Position numbers and translations under genes: made by a program
IMG/VR virus record: IMGVR_UViG_3300049485_000020
Span: 1 to 30,058 of that record
Length of the DNA: 30,058 bases
Origin: a virus
Taxonomy: Duplodnaviria > Caudoviricetes
Strand: one strand, 5' to 3'
Part shown: one piece after another, positions 6,067-15,190 of the stretch
How the letters are laid out: every line of letters starts with the position of its first letter
Position numbering within the stretch: position 1 is the first letter of the stretch
The notes under the pieces: model-generated
Told to the model about the DNA's origin: nothing
The model's input: the letters and a program-made list of their open reading frames with translations, nothing else
Database searches by the model: none

Positions 6067-8128
6067 AGGCAGTGAAGTTGAAATGCCTGATGCTGAGGGT
6101 CCAGAAGAAGAAAGTATAGAGCGTACTGTTTACGCCCTCAATCTTGCTGACGGTCTAGATGAACAAAAACTTAAAGATATTGGTAGGGAGTGTCTAGAAG
6201 GATTTGAAGCCGATTTTTCCTCTAGGGAAGACTGGGTTTCTGATTTAGATGCTTATACTAAGCTTGCTATGCAAATTCGGGAAAACAAAAGTTTTCCATG
6301 GCAAGGATGCTCAAATGTTAAATATCCTTTGTTATCAACATCTGCTATGCAGTTTGCAGCACGTGCTTATCCAGCTCTTGTACCATCAAATGGTAAAATT
6401 GTAAAAACTGTTGTTGTAGGTAAAGATCCAACAGGAGAGAAAAAGAATAAGGCAGATAGAGTTTCTACCTACATGTCCTGGCAAATCTTAAAGAATATGG
6501 ACAACTGGGAAGAAGATATGGACAAACTCCTTATTATGCTCCCTATTGCTGGCACCATGTTTAAGAAAACCTATTATGATGCTAACACAGAGAAGGTTTC
6601 TTCTCGTCTAGTTCTCCCTAAAAACTTGGTTGTAGATAATTGGACAAAAACACTAGACGAAGCTGAGCGCATTAGTGAAATCTTTACTCTTACACCTCGT
6701 GCACTTAAAGAACGGCAACGTCAAGGTATTTACTTAGATATTGATCTAGGTACACAAAATGCTATTCCAGATAAAGATGACAATCGCTCTCACCCTCGTG
6801 TAGATGATGCTACTCCTTATACTTTTGTGGAGCAGCACACCTACATTGATATGGATGATGATGGATATGCTGAGCCATATATTGTGGTGTTTCATCGTAA
6901 TACAGGTAAAGTATTACGCATCTCCGTAAGATTTGAAAAGGAAGACATTGAAACAAATAAAGACGGGCAAATATCAAAGATCACCCCAATTCAATATTAT
7001 ACCAAGTTTAGTTTTGTACCTAACCCTGATGGTAGTTTCTATGACATTGGCTTTGGTAATCTTCTAGGTCCTCTTAATGAGGCAATTAATACTCACATCA
7101 ATCAACTAACAGACGCGGGTACAATAAACACTCTTGCTGGTGGATTTATTGGTAAAGGGTTACGTATTAAGTCTGGTGATTACGAGTTTAGACCTAACGA
7201 ATGGAAGCCTGTAAATAGCACTGGTGATGATTTGCGTAAACAAATTGTGCCTTTGCCAACCAAAGAGCCTAGCCCTGTGTTGTTGCAACTTATGCAAGCA
7301 CTTATTACCTCAGGTAAAGAACTTGCCTCAGTAGCCGAGATTTTTGTTGGTAAGAGTCCAGGTCAAAACACTCCTGCTACAACTACAATGGCTACCATTG
7401 AGCAGGGTATGAAGGTATTTACTGCTGTTTATAAGCGTATTTATCGCTCACTGGCTAGTGAGTTTTACAAGATTTATGAGCTTAATGAGACCTATATTGA
7501 TCCAAACACCTATGTAGCCGTGCTTGATGAGGCAATTGGTCCTGAAGATTTTTCTGATGATAATTATGATATTTGTCCTGGAGCTGATCCAAACGCAATG
7601 TCAGATACAGAGAAACTGATGAAAGCTCAGGGTCTAATGGAACTTATGCCTATGGGTATTTTAGATCCTGTTAAAGTTGGTCTACGTATTTTGGAAACAC
7701 AGGAGCAACCGAACTACGAAGAACTTCTAATACCTTCAGTTAAAGAAACAGGGCAACCACCACCCCCTCCGCCAGATCCAAAAATGTTAGAGATGGATAT
7801 GAAGGGTAAACTTAAACAACAGGAGCTTGCTCAAAAGGCAGAAATTGCTGATAGGAAGATGAAGCTTGATACCATATCTACAGTGGCAAAGATTGCTATG
7901 GATGGTATGAGTAAAGCACAAGATATGCAAGATAAAGCAGCACTTGCTCAAACACAGGCTGCAGTTGAAGACCACAAACAAAAAATATTCTCTGCCCAGG
8001 CACAAGCAGATCATATCCAACAGTTGATACACAATCAACAAAAGCACAACCAGAACTTGCACCTCACTAAGGAGAAAGCAAAATTATCACTAAGTCAGAA
8101 ATCCAAGAGTGGAAAAACAGCCCAGTAA
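6002..8128 (+). CDS. Portal protein (start uncertain: 6002/6026/6038)
   Basis: About 700 aa after terL; KSFPWQGCSNV, GSFYDIG, TPATTTMA motifs; Q/K-rich coiled-coil C-terminus as in P22-like portals. Confidence 0.88.
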   Translation: MNYEQTDNMTGEMEDLTSQGIEGSEVEMPDAEGPEEESIERTVYALNLADGLDEQKLKDIGRECLEGFEADFSSREDWVSDLDAYTKLAMQIRENKSFPWQGCSNVKYPLLSTSAMQFAARAYPALVPSNGKIVKTVVVGKDPTGEKKNKADRVSTYMSWQILKNMDNWEEDMDKLLIMLPIAGTMFKKTYYDANTEKVSSRLVLPKNLVVDNWTKTLDEAERISEIFTLTPRALKERQRQGIYLDIDLGTQNAIPDKDDNRSHPRVDDATPYTFVEQHTYIDMDDDGYAEPYIVVFHRNTGKVLRISVRFEKEDIETNKDGQISKITPIQYYTKFSFVPNPDGSFYDIGFGNLLGPLNEAINTHINQLTDAGTINTLAGGFIGKGLRIKSGDYEFRPNEWKPVNSTGDDLRKQIVPLPTKEPSPVLLQLMQALITSGKELASVAEIFVGKSPGQNTPATTTMATIEQGMKVFTAVYKRIYRSLASEFYKIYELNETYIDPNTYVAVLDEAIGPEDFSDDNYDICPGADPNAMSDTEKLMKAQGLMELMPMGILDPVKVGLRILETQEQPNYEELLIPSVKETGQPPPPPPDPKMLEMDMKGKLKQQELAQKAEIADRKMKLDTISTVAKIAMDGMSKAQDMQDKAALAQTQAAVEDHKQKIFSAQAQADHIQQLIHNQQKHNQNLHLTKEKAKLSLSQKSKSGKTAQ

Positions 8129-8286
8129 CTAGGGCGTTTATGAATGGGCTTTTAGAAAGACTAGAAGCCACTAAAGACCTACTTACAGCCCAGGATATCA
8201 CAGATCAGCGAGTGCGTTATCTACAAGGATATTTTATGGCTATGCAGGATACTTTAGATACAACCTTTGATGAGGAAAATACATAA
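8083..8286 (+). CDS. Small head-module protein (67 aa from ATT; 48 aa from ATG 8140)
   Basis: Open frame (M)ITKSEIQEWKNSPVTRAFMNGLL...; AAGGAG SD 8 nt before ATT; stop overlaps the groES ATG (TAATG). Confidence 0.7.
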   Translation: MITKSEIQEWKNSPVTRAFMNGLLERLEATKDLLTAQDITDQRVRYLQGYFMAMQDTLDTTFDEENT

Positions 8287-8621
8287 TGGCAATCAAACCG
8301 ACAGGGCATCATGTCCTTGTAAAACCCCAAAAACTTGAAGATGTAGACCAAGTGTATAAAGCAGCCAGTGTCTTTGGTATTGTTATTCCAGAAGATGCAA
8401 CAAAGAAGAAGCAAATTGGTGTTTCTACTGGTGTTGTAGTTGCTATGGGAGAAACTGCTTATAAGGAATATGCTGACGGTACTCCTTGGGTTAAAGTGGG
8501 GGACCTGGTAGCTTATGTACGTCACGGTGGTATGTACATTGATGACCCTGAAAACGACGAGGTTTTCTTGCTATTGAATGATGGTGATATTGCTGCAATT
8601 TTGTCTGGAACTAAGGAATAA
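8286..8621 (+). CDS. groES: GroES/Cpn10-like co-chaperonin
   Basis: IKPTGHHVLVKP...GIVIP...TGVVVAMG...VKVGDLV...DIAAI matches the Cpn10 pattern. Confidence 0.88.
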   Translation: MAIKPTGHHVLVKPQKLEDVDQVYKAASVFGIVIPEDATKKKQIGVSTGVVVAMGETAYKEYADGTPWVKVGDLVAYVRHGGMYIDDPENDEVFLLLNDGDIAAILSGTKE

Positions 8622-8623
8622 AT

Positions 8624-9424
8624 ATGCCTCTAGAAAATGAAGCTAGCCCACAAGAGGGCTCTGTTGAACAAACTATTCCTGAATACTCTGCCGTAGAAGT
8701 ACAAGCAATGGAACTCGGCTGGAGGCCTAGGGAGGAGTTTCAAGGCGACGAGAGTTTGTTTATTGATGCTAAAGAGTTTGTAGGTCGTAAATCTCTTTAT
8801 GACAAAATCGAAACTCTTAAAAATGAAAATAAAACAACAAAACAAGCTATTGAAGCCCTTAAACAGCATTATTCTCATGTTGAGCAAAATGCTTTTAATA
8901 AAGCAATGAAAGAACTTAAGGCAGAACAAAATCGTGCTATTGCAGATGGTGATGTAGAAAAATATACTCAACTTGAAGCAGAAAAAGAAGAGCTTGAGTC
9001 TGAAAAACAGGCGTTTATTGAGGCCACAGAAAAAATTAATACTGAGGCTCCACAAATACATCCAGAACTACAATCCTGGATCAACCGTAATCCTTGGTAT
9101 AACAACCAACCCCACATGAAAGTCTTTGCAGATCAGTTGGGTAATCGCCTTGCTGCTGACGTTCGTGCAGGTAGCCTAACACAGAAAGAGGCCCTTGTTA
9201 AAATCGAGGCAGCGGTAAAGGAAGAGTTTCCTAACAAATTTAGAAACCCAAATAAAGATAGGCCATCTGCTGTAGAAGCAACAGGCAAACAAACAACACC
9301 TAAATCAGGAGGTAGTGTTTTTAAGATGTCACCAGAACAAGAAAAAGTATGGAAGACACTAGAAAGGTCCAAAGTAATGACCAAAGAACAATACATCGCT
9401 GATTTAAAGAAAATGGAGAATTGA
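8624..9424 (+). CDS. Probable capsid scaffolding protein
   Basis: Acidic N-terminus, long coiled coil, position between portal and capsid genes. Confidence 0.65.
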   Translation: MPLENEASPQEGSVEQTIPEYSAVEVQAMELGWRPREEFQGDESLFIDAKEFVGRKSLYDKIETLKNENKTTKQAIEALKQHYSHVEQNAFNKAMKELKAEQNRAIADGDVEKYTQLEAEKEELESEKQAFIEATEKINTEAPQIHPELQSWINRNPWYNNQPHMKVFADQLGNRLAADVRAGSLTQKEALVKIEAAVKEEFPNKFRNPNKDRPSAVEATGKQTTPKSGGSVFKMSPEQEKVWKTLERSKVMTKEQYIADLKKMEN

Positions 9425-9425
9425 T

Positions 9426-9827
9426 ATGTCCGAGCGTACACTTACAACTAAAGAGCCAGCAAAGCGCCCTGTTCGTCCCAGTCCAGGCACACGCAATCGC
9501 CTCACTATTGCAAACCAAGACCCTAACTTTGTATACCGAGTGGTAGCCGTAGATAATGAGTCTAGGATGTTTCGAATTGAGGATATGAAAAGAATGGGAT
9601 ATGAAGTTGTCCCTGGTGTTGAACTTGGTGACAATCGAGCGGACATTGGGAAAGGTATTGGTAAAACTGGTATTGTATCTTTAGGTGGTGGTACTACTGG
9701 AGTTACTATGCGCATTCCTAAAGAGGATTACGAATATTATCAGCAGGAGAAGCATATTCATATTGATAAGCTCTCTGAAGATATTAATGCAAAACTTGAG
9801 CCTGAATCTAAACATAAGGGCTTTTAA
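9426..9827 (+). CDS. Head-module hypothetical protein
   Basis: GGAG SD, tight packing with neighbours. Confidence 0.75.
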   Translation: MSERTLTTKEPAKRPVRPSPGTRNRLTIANQDPNFVYRVVAVDNESRMFRIEDMKRMGYEVVPGVELGDNRADIGKGIGKTGIVSLGGGTTGVTMRIPKEDYEYYQQEKHIHIDKLSEDINAKLEPESKHKGF

Positions 9828-9845
9828 ACAAGAAGGAAATTTTAT

Positions 9846-10433
9846 ATGGCAAACGTACTTGCAGGCTTTCGGCCTGAAAAGCACCTCACAGGTGCGCCTT
9901 TTAATGGACAAGTAAATCGTTATATGGTATCAGCATCGGAAACAGGTGCTATTAACGTAGGTGATTTGGTTGTTCTTTCTGACTCGGCTGCTCTTGGTAT
10001 GTATCCCGCAGTTGAGCGCTCAACTATTACTACTTCTGGTGCTATTGTCGGAGCTGTCGTTGGTTTTGACATTGATCCCGCCAATCTTAATAGCCCTAAC
10101 ATTCGACTAGCGTCTACTCTACGCACTGTGCTTGTAGCAGACTCACCTGATATTATCTTTGCTGCACCACAAGATGCGGTTGGTGGTGTTATTGCTGCTG
10201 CTAGTATTGGTTTGAATGTGGCAATTGCTGTAGGATCGGCTGCAACTACTGCTCCAGGTGCTTCTACAATGACTGTAGACAGTTCTACTGTAAATACTAC
10301 AAATACTCTTCCCTTGAAGATTATGGGTTTTACTGATTCTCCAGATCAAGATGTGACTTCTACAGCACGCCCTGCCGAGGTTTTAGTAATGATTAATACA
10401 CATCAATATGCTCCTAGCATTGCTGGTGTATAA
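9846..10433 (+). CDS. Virion protein, probable capsid decoration/cement protein
   Basis: A/G/T/V-rich beta-type sequence immediately upstream of the capsid gene; AAGGA SD. Confidence 0.6.
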   Translation: MANVLAGFRPEKHLTGAPFNGQVNRYMVSASETGAINVGDLVVLSDSAALGMYPAVERSTITTSGAIVGAVVGFDIDPANLNSPNIRLASTLRTVLVADSPDIIFAAPQDAVGGVIAAASIGLNVAIAVGSAATTAPGASTMTVDSSTVNTTNTLPLKIMGFTDSPDQDVTSTARPAEVLVMINTHQYAPSIAGV

Positions 10434-10449
10434 TAAAGGAATGTAGAGT

Positions 10450-10487
10450 ATGAGTACAATTAATACAAGTAATTTCGCAAAAGCCCT
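10450..10487 (+). CDS. Major capsid protein, exon 1
   Basis: ATG 10450 gives MSTINTSNFAKAL; ends in T, the group I 5' splice-site U; joins exon 2 in frame. Confidence 0.88.
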
Positions 10488-11282
10488 TAACTAAATAGCC
10501 AGGGGGCACTGAAGAGTAATCTTCTTTTAAAAATCCATCGAATTGCGGGGACATCCTTATGGACAATCCGCAGCTAAGCCGGGAGGCACATGATTATTTA
10601 TAGAGCTTTAAATACCATAAACGGTAAATCTTACATTGGTTTAACCACTTTAGACTTAGGTCAACGAAAACACAAACATTGGCTTAACTCTAGAAATCCA
10701 GATAAAAATAAAAAACAAGCCTTTTATCTGGCAATCAACAAATATGGGTGGGAATCTTTTGAATGGCAAGAACTATGTTCTTGTTTAAATAAAAAAGATT
10801 TAAGTGAACTTGAAAAACAATTTATCAAGGAATATGATACATACAACAATGGTTACAATAATACCGTTGGTGGTGAAGGTGTTGACAATCCTAAAAAATT
10901 GGAAAAGTACATTGTAAGGTTTCCAGATCAAACAGTACATATAGTAGAGGGCTGGAAAAAGTTTTGTCGTGAACATAACCTTAACGAAGGTAATTTGTGG
11001 CACACATACAATCCATACAAAAGAACTTACACTATAAAAGGTAAGCACTACACATACTGGATGAAAGCTAAAGCGTGTAAAGGTTATGTGCTTCTCGGAA
11101 AGTTCAACGACTATCTGGGAACAGAGTACATCCAAGTGGATGGAAGCGGTGGACTCCAAGCAGAGATTAATGCCTGTTTGGATGATGATATAGTCTTCTC
11201 TAACGAGCAATCGTTAGCAGGAACAAAAGAACCAACTTTTGTTTCGGATACAGAATAACAATCTGTGTTGAAAATCACCAGG
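10488..11282 (+). mobile_element. Self-splicing group I intron (IA-like, 795 nt) in the major capsid gene
   Basis: IGS GCCAG-GGGGC (10498-10507) pairs the 3' exon CUGGC and the 5' exon GCCCU (U.G); P AATTGCGGG, Q AATCCGCAGC, R GTTCAACGACTA, S GATATAGTC; P3 TCCATCG/CGGTGGA; P2 and P9 with GNRA loops; terminal G. Confidence 0.95.
10590..11258 (+). CDS. Intron-encoded GIY-YIG homing endonuclease
   Basis: IIY-x10-YIG, conserved R, E and GYN motifs, then a small HTH-like DNA-binding segment; GGAGG SD. Confidence 0.92.
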   Translation: MIIYRALNTINGKSYIGLTTLDLGQRKHKHWLNSRNPDKNKKQAFYLAINKYGWESFEWQELCSCLNKKDLSELEKQFIKEYDTYNNGYNNTVGGEGVDNPKKLEKYIVRFPDQTVHIVEGWKKFCREHNLNEGNLWHTYNPYKRTYTIKGKHYTYWMKAKACKGYVLLGKFNDYLGTEYIQVDGSGGLQAEINACLDDDIVFSNEQSLAGTKEPTFVSDTE

Positions 11283-12153
11283 CTGGCCTGGTGTACGTAA
11301 ATGGTGGGGTGACGCTTATGATGCATGGCCTGTTGAGTATCTAGATATTTTTGACAAGTTTACATCCGATAAAAACTTTGAAGAAGAAGTTGGTTTCTCA
11401 GGGTTTGGTTTGTTTGCTATTAAGCCTGAAGGCGCTGCTACTGGTTATGACAGTGCACGTCAAGGGTTTATCGCTCGCTATCGTCATGATACCTATACCC
11501 TTGGTTTTATCATCACCAAGGAAATGATTGAGGATGACCAGTATGGTATCATTGGCCAAAAACGTGCTTCAGCTCTGGCTGAGTCAATGCGTGAAACCAA
11601 GGAAGTTGTTCATGCTAATGTGCTAAACCGTGGGTTTAATAGCTCATATGTTGGTGCTGATGGTAAAGAACTATTTTCTACTAGCCACCCTATGTTCTCA
11701 GGTGGTACTTTTAGTAATACTTTGGCTGTTGCTGCTGACTTGTCTGAAGCTGCTCTTGAGCAAGCATCAATTGATATTTCTAGTTTCACCGATGACCGTG
11801 GTAACAAGAAAAAATTTATGGCTAAACGCCTCATTGTTCCTAAAGAACTGGTGTTTGAGGCACAACGTATTTTGAAGACTGATGGTCGTGTTGGTACTGC
11901 TAATAACGATTTGAATGCTTTGAAGACTTTAGGTATTATTCCTGAAATGTCTGTCAATCATTATTTGACTGATGCAGATGCTTGGTTTATCAAGACCAAT
12001 GCTACTGACGGCCTTAAGACTTTTGAGCGTGTTGCTGATAGTTTTGATGACACTACCGACTTTGATACTACTAACTTGAAGTATATGGGTCGTATGCGTT
12101 TCGTTGCTGGTTGGACAGATCCTCGTGGAGCTTATGCCTCACCTGGTGCTTAA
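11283..12153 (+). CDS. Major capsid protein, exon 2 (spliced product 302 aa)
   Basis: Open frame begins (L)WPGVRKWWGDAY..., upstream of the track's 11410 start; 38+871 = 909 nt; capsid-like motifs LGFIITKEMIEDDQY, LIVP, GWTDPRG. Confidence 0.9.
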
Positions 12154-12198
12154 ACAAAGATGTAAATATAAACTTATGTGTTAATTTAAACACACGGA

Positions 12199-12222
12199 TA
12201 GGGTGAGAGGCCCTTTATTTTT
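12199..12222 (+). terminator. Weak intrinsic terminator candidate after the capsid gene
   Basis: AGGGT-GAGAG-GCCCT followed by TTATTTTT. Confidence 0.4.
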
Positions 12223-12235
12223 GAAGGAGAAAAAT

Positions 12236-12988
12236 ATGGCTCTAAATGGTATTGGTATTAGTGGTAGTATTGTTCATGCGACAGCTAGTCCGCAAGGTCC
12301 TTATGCATATCGCTCAGGTATGGGTATGGTTCCTAGCACAGAATTCCAAGTACTCTTTGATGATTTTACATCTTTGGTTACTACCAACGTCCCTAATGGC
12401 TGGACAGCAGCTATTATTGATACAGGTGCTACTGCAGTTGCCTCTACTACAGCAGCTCTGGGGGCCAATGGTGCCCTTCTAATGTCAGATGCTACTGCGT
12501 CTGAGGGTGTTGCAGTTTACATGCCTAAGGCTATTCAACTTACTGTAGGTAAGCGCTTCTTTATGGAGATGCGTGTTCGTACTAGTGATGTTACAGACAA
12601 CGCTGTTCAGTTTGGCTTAACCGATTTAACAGCAACTACAAATCCAGAGGATCTCTGGACTACTACAGCAGCTAACGTTATTTCATTTGGTATCTTGGAT
12701 GGTTCTGCTGTTACTGGTATGTTGTCAGATGCAGGTAATAGTGGTACAACTGTACAAGCTGGTGCACGGAGTATGGTAGCAGACACTTGGCATATCCTAG
12801 CCATTCAATACGACGGTGTAAAATTACGTGCCTATGTTGATGGGAAGCTCTCTTTGCTATGGTCTGGTGCTGCGTCTACTGTTCCAACAGGTGTTGCTCT
12901 CGCGCCTTTTATTGGTGTATTAAATGGTGATGGTGCTGGAGCTGCTGTTAACACAGTAGATTATCTCCGGTACGTCTCAGAACGTTAG
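12236..12988 (+). CDS. Virion protein with ConA-like/LamG-type beta-sandwich
   Basis: DTWHILAIQYDG..LRAYVDG motif; AAGGAG SD supports ATG 12236. Confidence 0.65.
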   Translation: MALNGIGISGSIVHATASPQGPYAYRSGMGMVPSTEFQVLFDDFTSLVTTNVPNGWTAAIIDTGATAVASTTAALGANGALLMSDATASEGVAVYMPKAIQLTVGKRFFMEMRVRTSDVTDNAVQFGLTDLTATTNPEDLWTTTAANVISFGILDGSAVTGMLSDAGNSGTTVQAGARSMVADTWHILAIQYDGVKLRAYVDGKLSLLWSGAASTVPTGVALAPFIGVLNGDGAGAAVNTVDYLRYVSER

Positions 12989-12995
12989 TTTACAT

Positions 12996-13020
12996 AGGCT
13001 CACATTGGCTGAGCTTTTTT
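12996..13020 (+). terminator. Intrinsic terminator candidate
   Basis: GGCTCA-cattggc-TGAGCT followed by a T run. Confidence 0.55.
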
Positions 13021-13037
13021 CCTTGGGGGAATAAATA

Positions 13038-13385
13038 ATGAGTAATGTATGGGTAAAATGTGGTAAAGTGGTAGATCTTCCTGGACCTTCAACAACAGCA
13101 TTTACTGCTGATGGAACTGGTACTTGGCAGTATAAAGACAGCCCTGATGCCTCAATTCAAGCAACTGCTACAGGTACAGGCTCTATTGCAGCAACTGTAA
13201 CACTACAATGTTCTAATGATGGTGTAAATGCCATAGCTACTTCGCTAGGAGTTATTACACTCTCAGGCACTACCTCAGCTAGTGATGGTTTTATTACACA
13301 GAATGCACCTTGGAAATATATCAGAGCGGTTGTTTCTAGCGCTAGTGGTACAGGGCTTTCAGTTGCTGTGAAGATGGGGATCTAA
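13038..13385 (+). CDS. Small beta-rich virion protein
   Basis: T/G/S/A-rich, ends PWKYIRAVV; structural-operon context. Confidence 0.65.
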   Translation: MSNVWVKCGKVVDLPGPSTTAFTADGTGTWQYKDSPDASIQATATGTGSIAATVTLQCSNDGVNAIATSLGVITLSGTTSASDGFITQNAPWKYIRAVVSSASGTGLSVAVKMGI

Positions 13386-13386
13386 A

Positions 13387-14022
13387 ATGCCTACTATTGT
13401 AAATTCTAGGGTTTCAGGAGGCAGTAGTAATTATATTGGTTCTAGCACATGGGCTGCTAGGCCTACCTCTGCTAATGTGGGAGATGTACTTCTTGTTACT
13501 GACATAGGTATTTCTCCAGGTGCATTGATGACATGGACTAGTGGCAGTATATGGCGGCCTATAGCCCCAGTACCGCTATTAAATCAAACTACTTCTATTA
13601 CAAAAACAGACACAGATACAGCATGGCAAAACGGAGTTTCTGTAACTCTACCAGCAGGTTTAATGTACAATGGCTCCGCCATTAGATGTGATTATATACT
13701 ATCTTGCAATAACTCTGTAGCAGGAAGTAAAGAAATTAGGTGGTTGTGGGATAGTGCTACTATTAATAATCAAAGCTATAATCCAGCCGGGTCACAAGAT
13801 TTCAGGGGTCTGCTGCAGGCACAAGTAATAAACTCAACTACCGCGTTGGGATGGTGGCAAGGACAGTCGGGTGTATTTGGATCATCAGCTCCGGCTTATA
13901 CAGCAGCAACTATTAACACAGCGGTATCTCAAGTCATAACTTGTGATTTTAGATTTGGTACTGCAGGAGCAGGTTCAAACATTTTGACACTACGTGCTCT
14001 AAAAGTTTGGATGGACCCATAA
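13387..14022 (+). CDS. Hypothetical virion/fibre-associated protein
   Basis: S/T/G/W-rich beta-type composition; tightly coupled to both neighbours. Confidence 0.6.
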   Translation: MPTIVNSRVSGGSSNYIGSSTWAARPTSANVGDVLLVTDIGISPGALMTWTSGSIWRPIAPVPLLNQTTSITKTDTDTAWQNGVSVTLPAGLMYNGSAIRCDYILSCNNSVAGSKEIRWLWDSATINNQSYNPAGSQDFRGLLQAQVINSTTALGWWQGQSGVFGSSAPAYTAATINTAVSQVITCDFRFGTAGAGSNILTLRALKVWMDP

Positions 14023-14951
14023 TGTTTATGTCGTCTATTAGGGGAGTAAATATTCACTCTAAGCCATGGGGTACACCAGATCCTTATGTTTGGAATAATG
14101 CTCCCGCAGTTATTAATGCTGTGGCCACTTTGGGATTTAATGCTATTCGTATGGATGCTGGAGGTAGTATGGTAAATACTACAGAAAGACCAAATCCAAT
14201 AGAACGATTAAAAACTGTAATAGCTTTATGCAAAGATAGAGATATTTACACACAAGTAGTTATTACACTTCCATTTAATGGTAATAGGACAGATAAAGGG
14301 ACATTTCCAGATACAGCTCAGGGTAGGTATGACCAGGGTTATACATTAGTAAAAAATATAATTGAGGCTGTGCCTACAATAATACCAGAAATTGAGATTG
14401 AGAACGAGGTCACTCAAAAAGTAGGAATGCTTTGGAAAAATGGTAAAACTTTAGCCGAGTATAACACTACGGCACTAAATGAGTGGGCTGAGTTGATGAA
14501 AGGAGAATATGATGCTATTAGAAAGTATTCTCCTACTACTAAAATTATAGTTGGTTCGTTAAATAATAATTATAAATATATCCCTTGGTTAAAAACTAAA
14601 GGAATAGACCCTGATATTATTGGATACCATTTATATTTTGAACCTGGTAGTAATAGTAATTTAAGTGATTGGCAGTTTGGTGGTTCTTGGCATGATGAGA
14701 TGTTAAGATATGGTAAACCCATTACTATTAATGAAATTAACGGTCATCCTAATTCTGGAGCAACTAGTGTATGGGGTAAAGACGGCCTTGAGCAGCTTAG
14801 AGAGTCGCCTGTTCCTATTCATAGTATATATGTATATGAGCTACTTGATTCTGCAGTTGAACCTGGTTTTGGTTTATGTACATTAAACACAAATAGAATT
14901 CAAAAAGTAAACAATGTAGATACACTTTTAAAAGTACTACCTAAAAAATAG
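14022..14951 (+). CDS. Putative clan GH-A glycoside hydrolase (GH5-like TIM barrel)
   Basis: LGFNAIRMD, EIENEV (acid/base), DIIGYHLY, KPITINEING (nucleophile), FGL; TAATG coupling favours start 14022. Confidence 0.7.
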   Translation: MFMSSIRGVNIHSKPWGTPDPYVWNNAPAVINAVATLGFNAIRMDAGGSMVNTTERPNPIERLKTVIALCKDRDIYTQVVITLPFNGNRTDKGTFPDTAQGRYDQGYTLVKNIIEAVPTIIPEIEIENEVTQKVGMLWKNGKTLAEYNTTALNEWAELMKGEYDAIRKYSPTTKIIVGSLNNNYKYIPWLKTKGIDPDIIGYHLYFEPGSNSNLSDWQFGGSWHDEMLRYGKPITINEINGHPNSGATSVWGKDGLEQLRESPVPIHSIYVYELLDSAVEPGFGLCTLNTNRIQKVNNVDTLLKVLPKK

Positions 14952-14965
14952 TTGTTTGGAGTATT

Positions 14966-15190
14966 ATGGATATATCAATTGTTCTATTTATTATAAATGG
15001 ATTGATGGGAGTAATTATGTTTTTTCAGAATCAGGCAATTATAAATAACAAAGAAAAGTTTAAAGACTTACAAGAACAGCATGATGTTTTACGTGATCGT
15101 GCAATGCTCAAAGATGACTTTCGTGATTTTAAGAAAGAGCTCTGGGAGCGCTTAGACCAGCTCATTAGAACACGTAGTACACATCCATGA
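14966..15190 (+). CDS. Small membrane-anchored coiled-coil protein
   Basis: N-terminal TM helix then charged helix; GGAG SD. Confidence 0.7.
   Translation: MDISIVLFIINGLMGVIMFFQNQAIINNKEKFKDLQEQHDVLRDRAMLKDDFRDFKKELWERLDQLIRTRSTHP

Noticed and set aside
10590-11258. Free-standing GIY-YIG gene
   Set aside because: It lies within a complete group I intron structure.
11410-12153. Stand-alone 247-aa capsid ORF starting at TTG 11410
   Set aside because: No SD; the frame is open back to the 3' splice site and is completed by exon 1.
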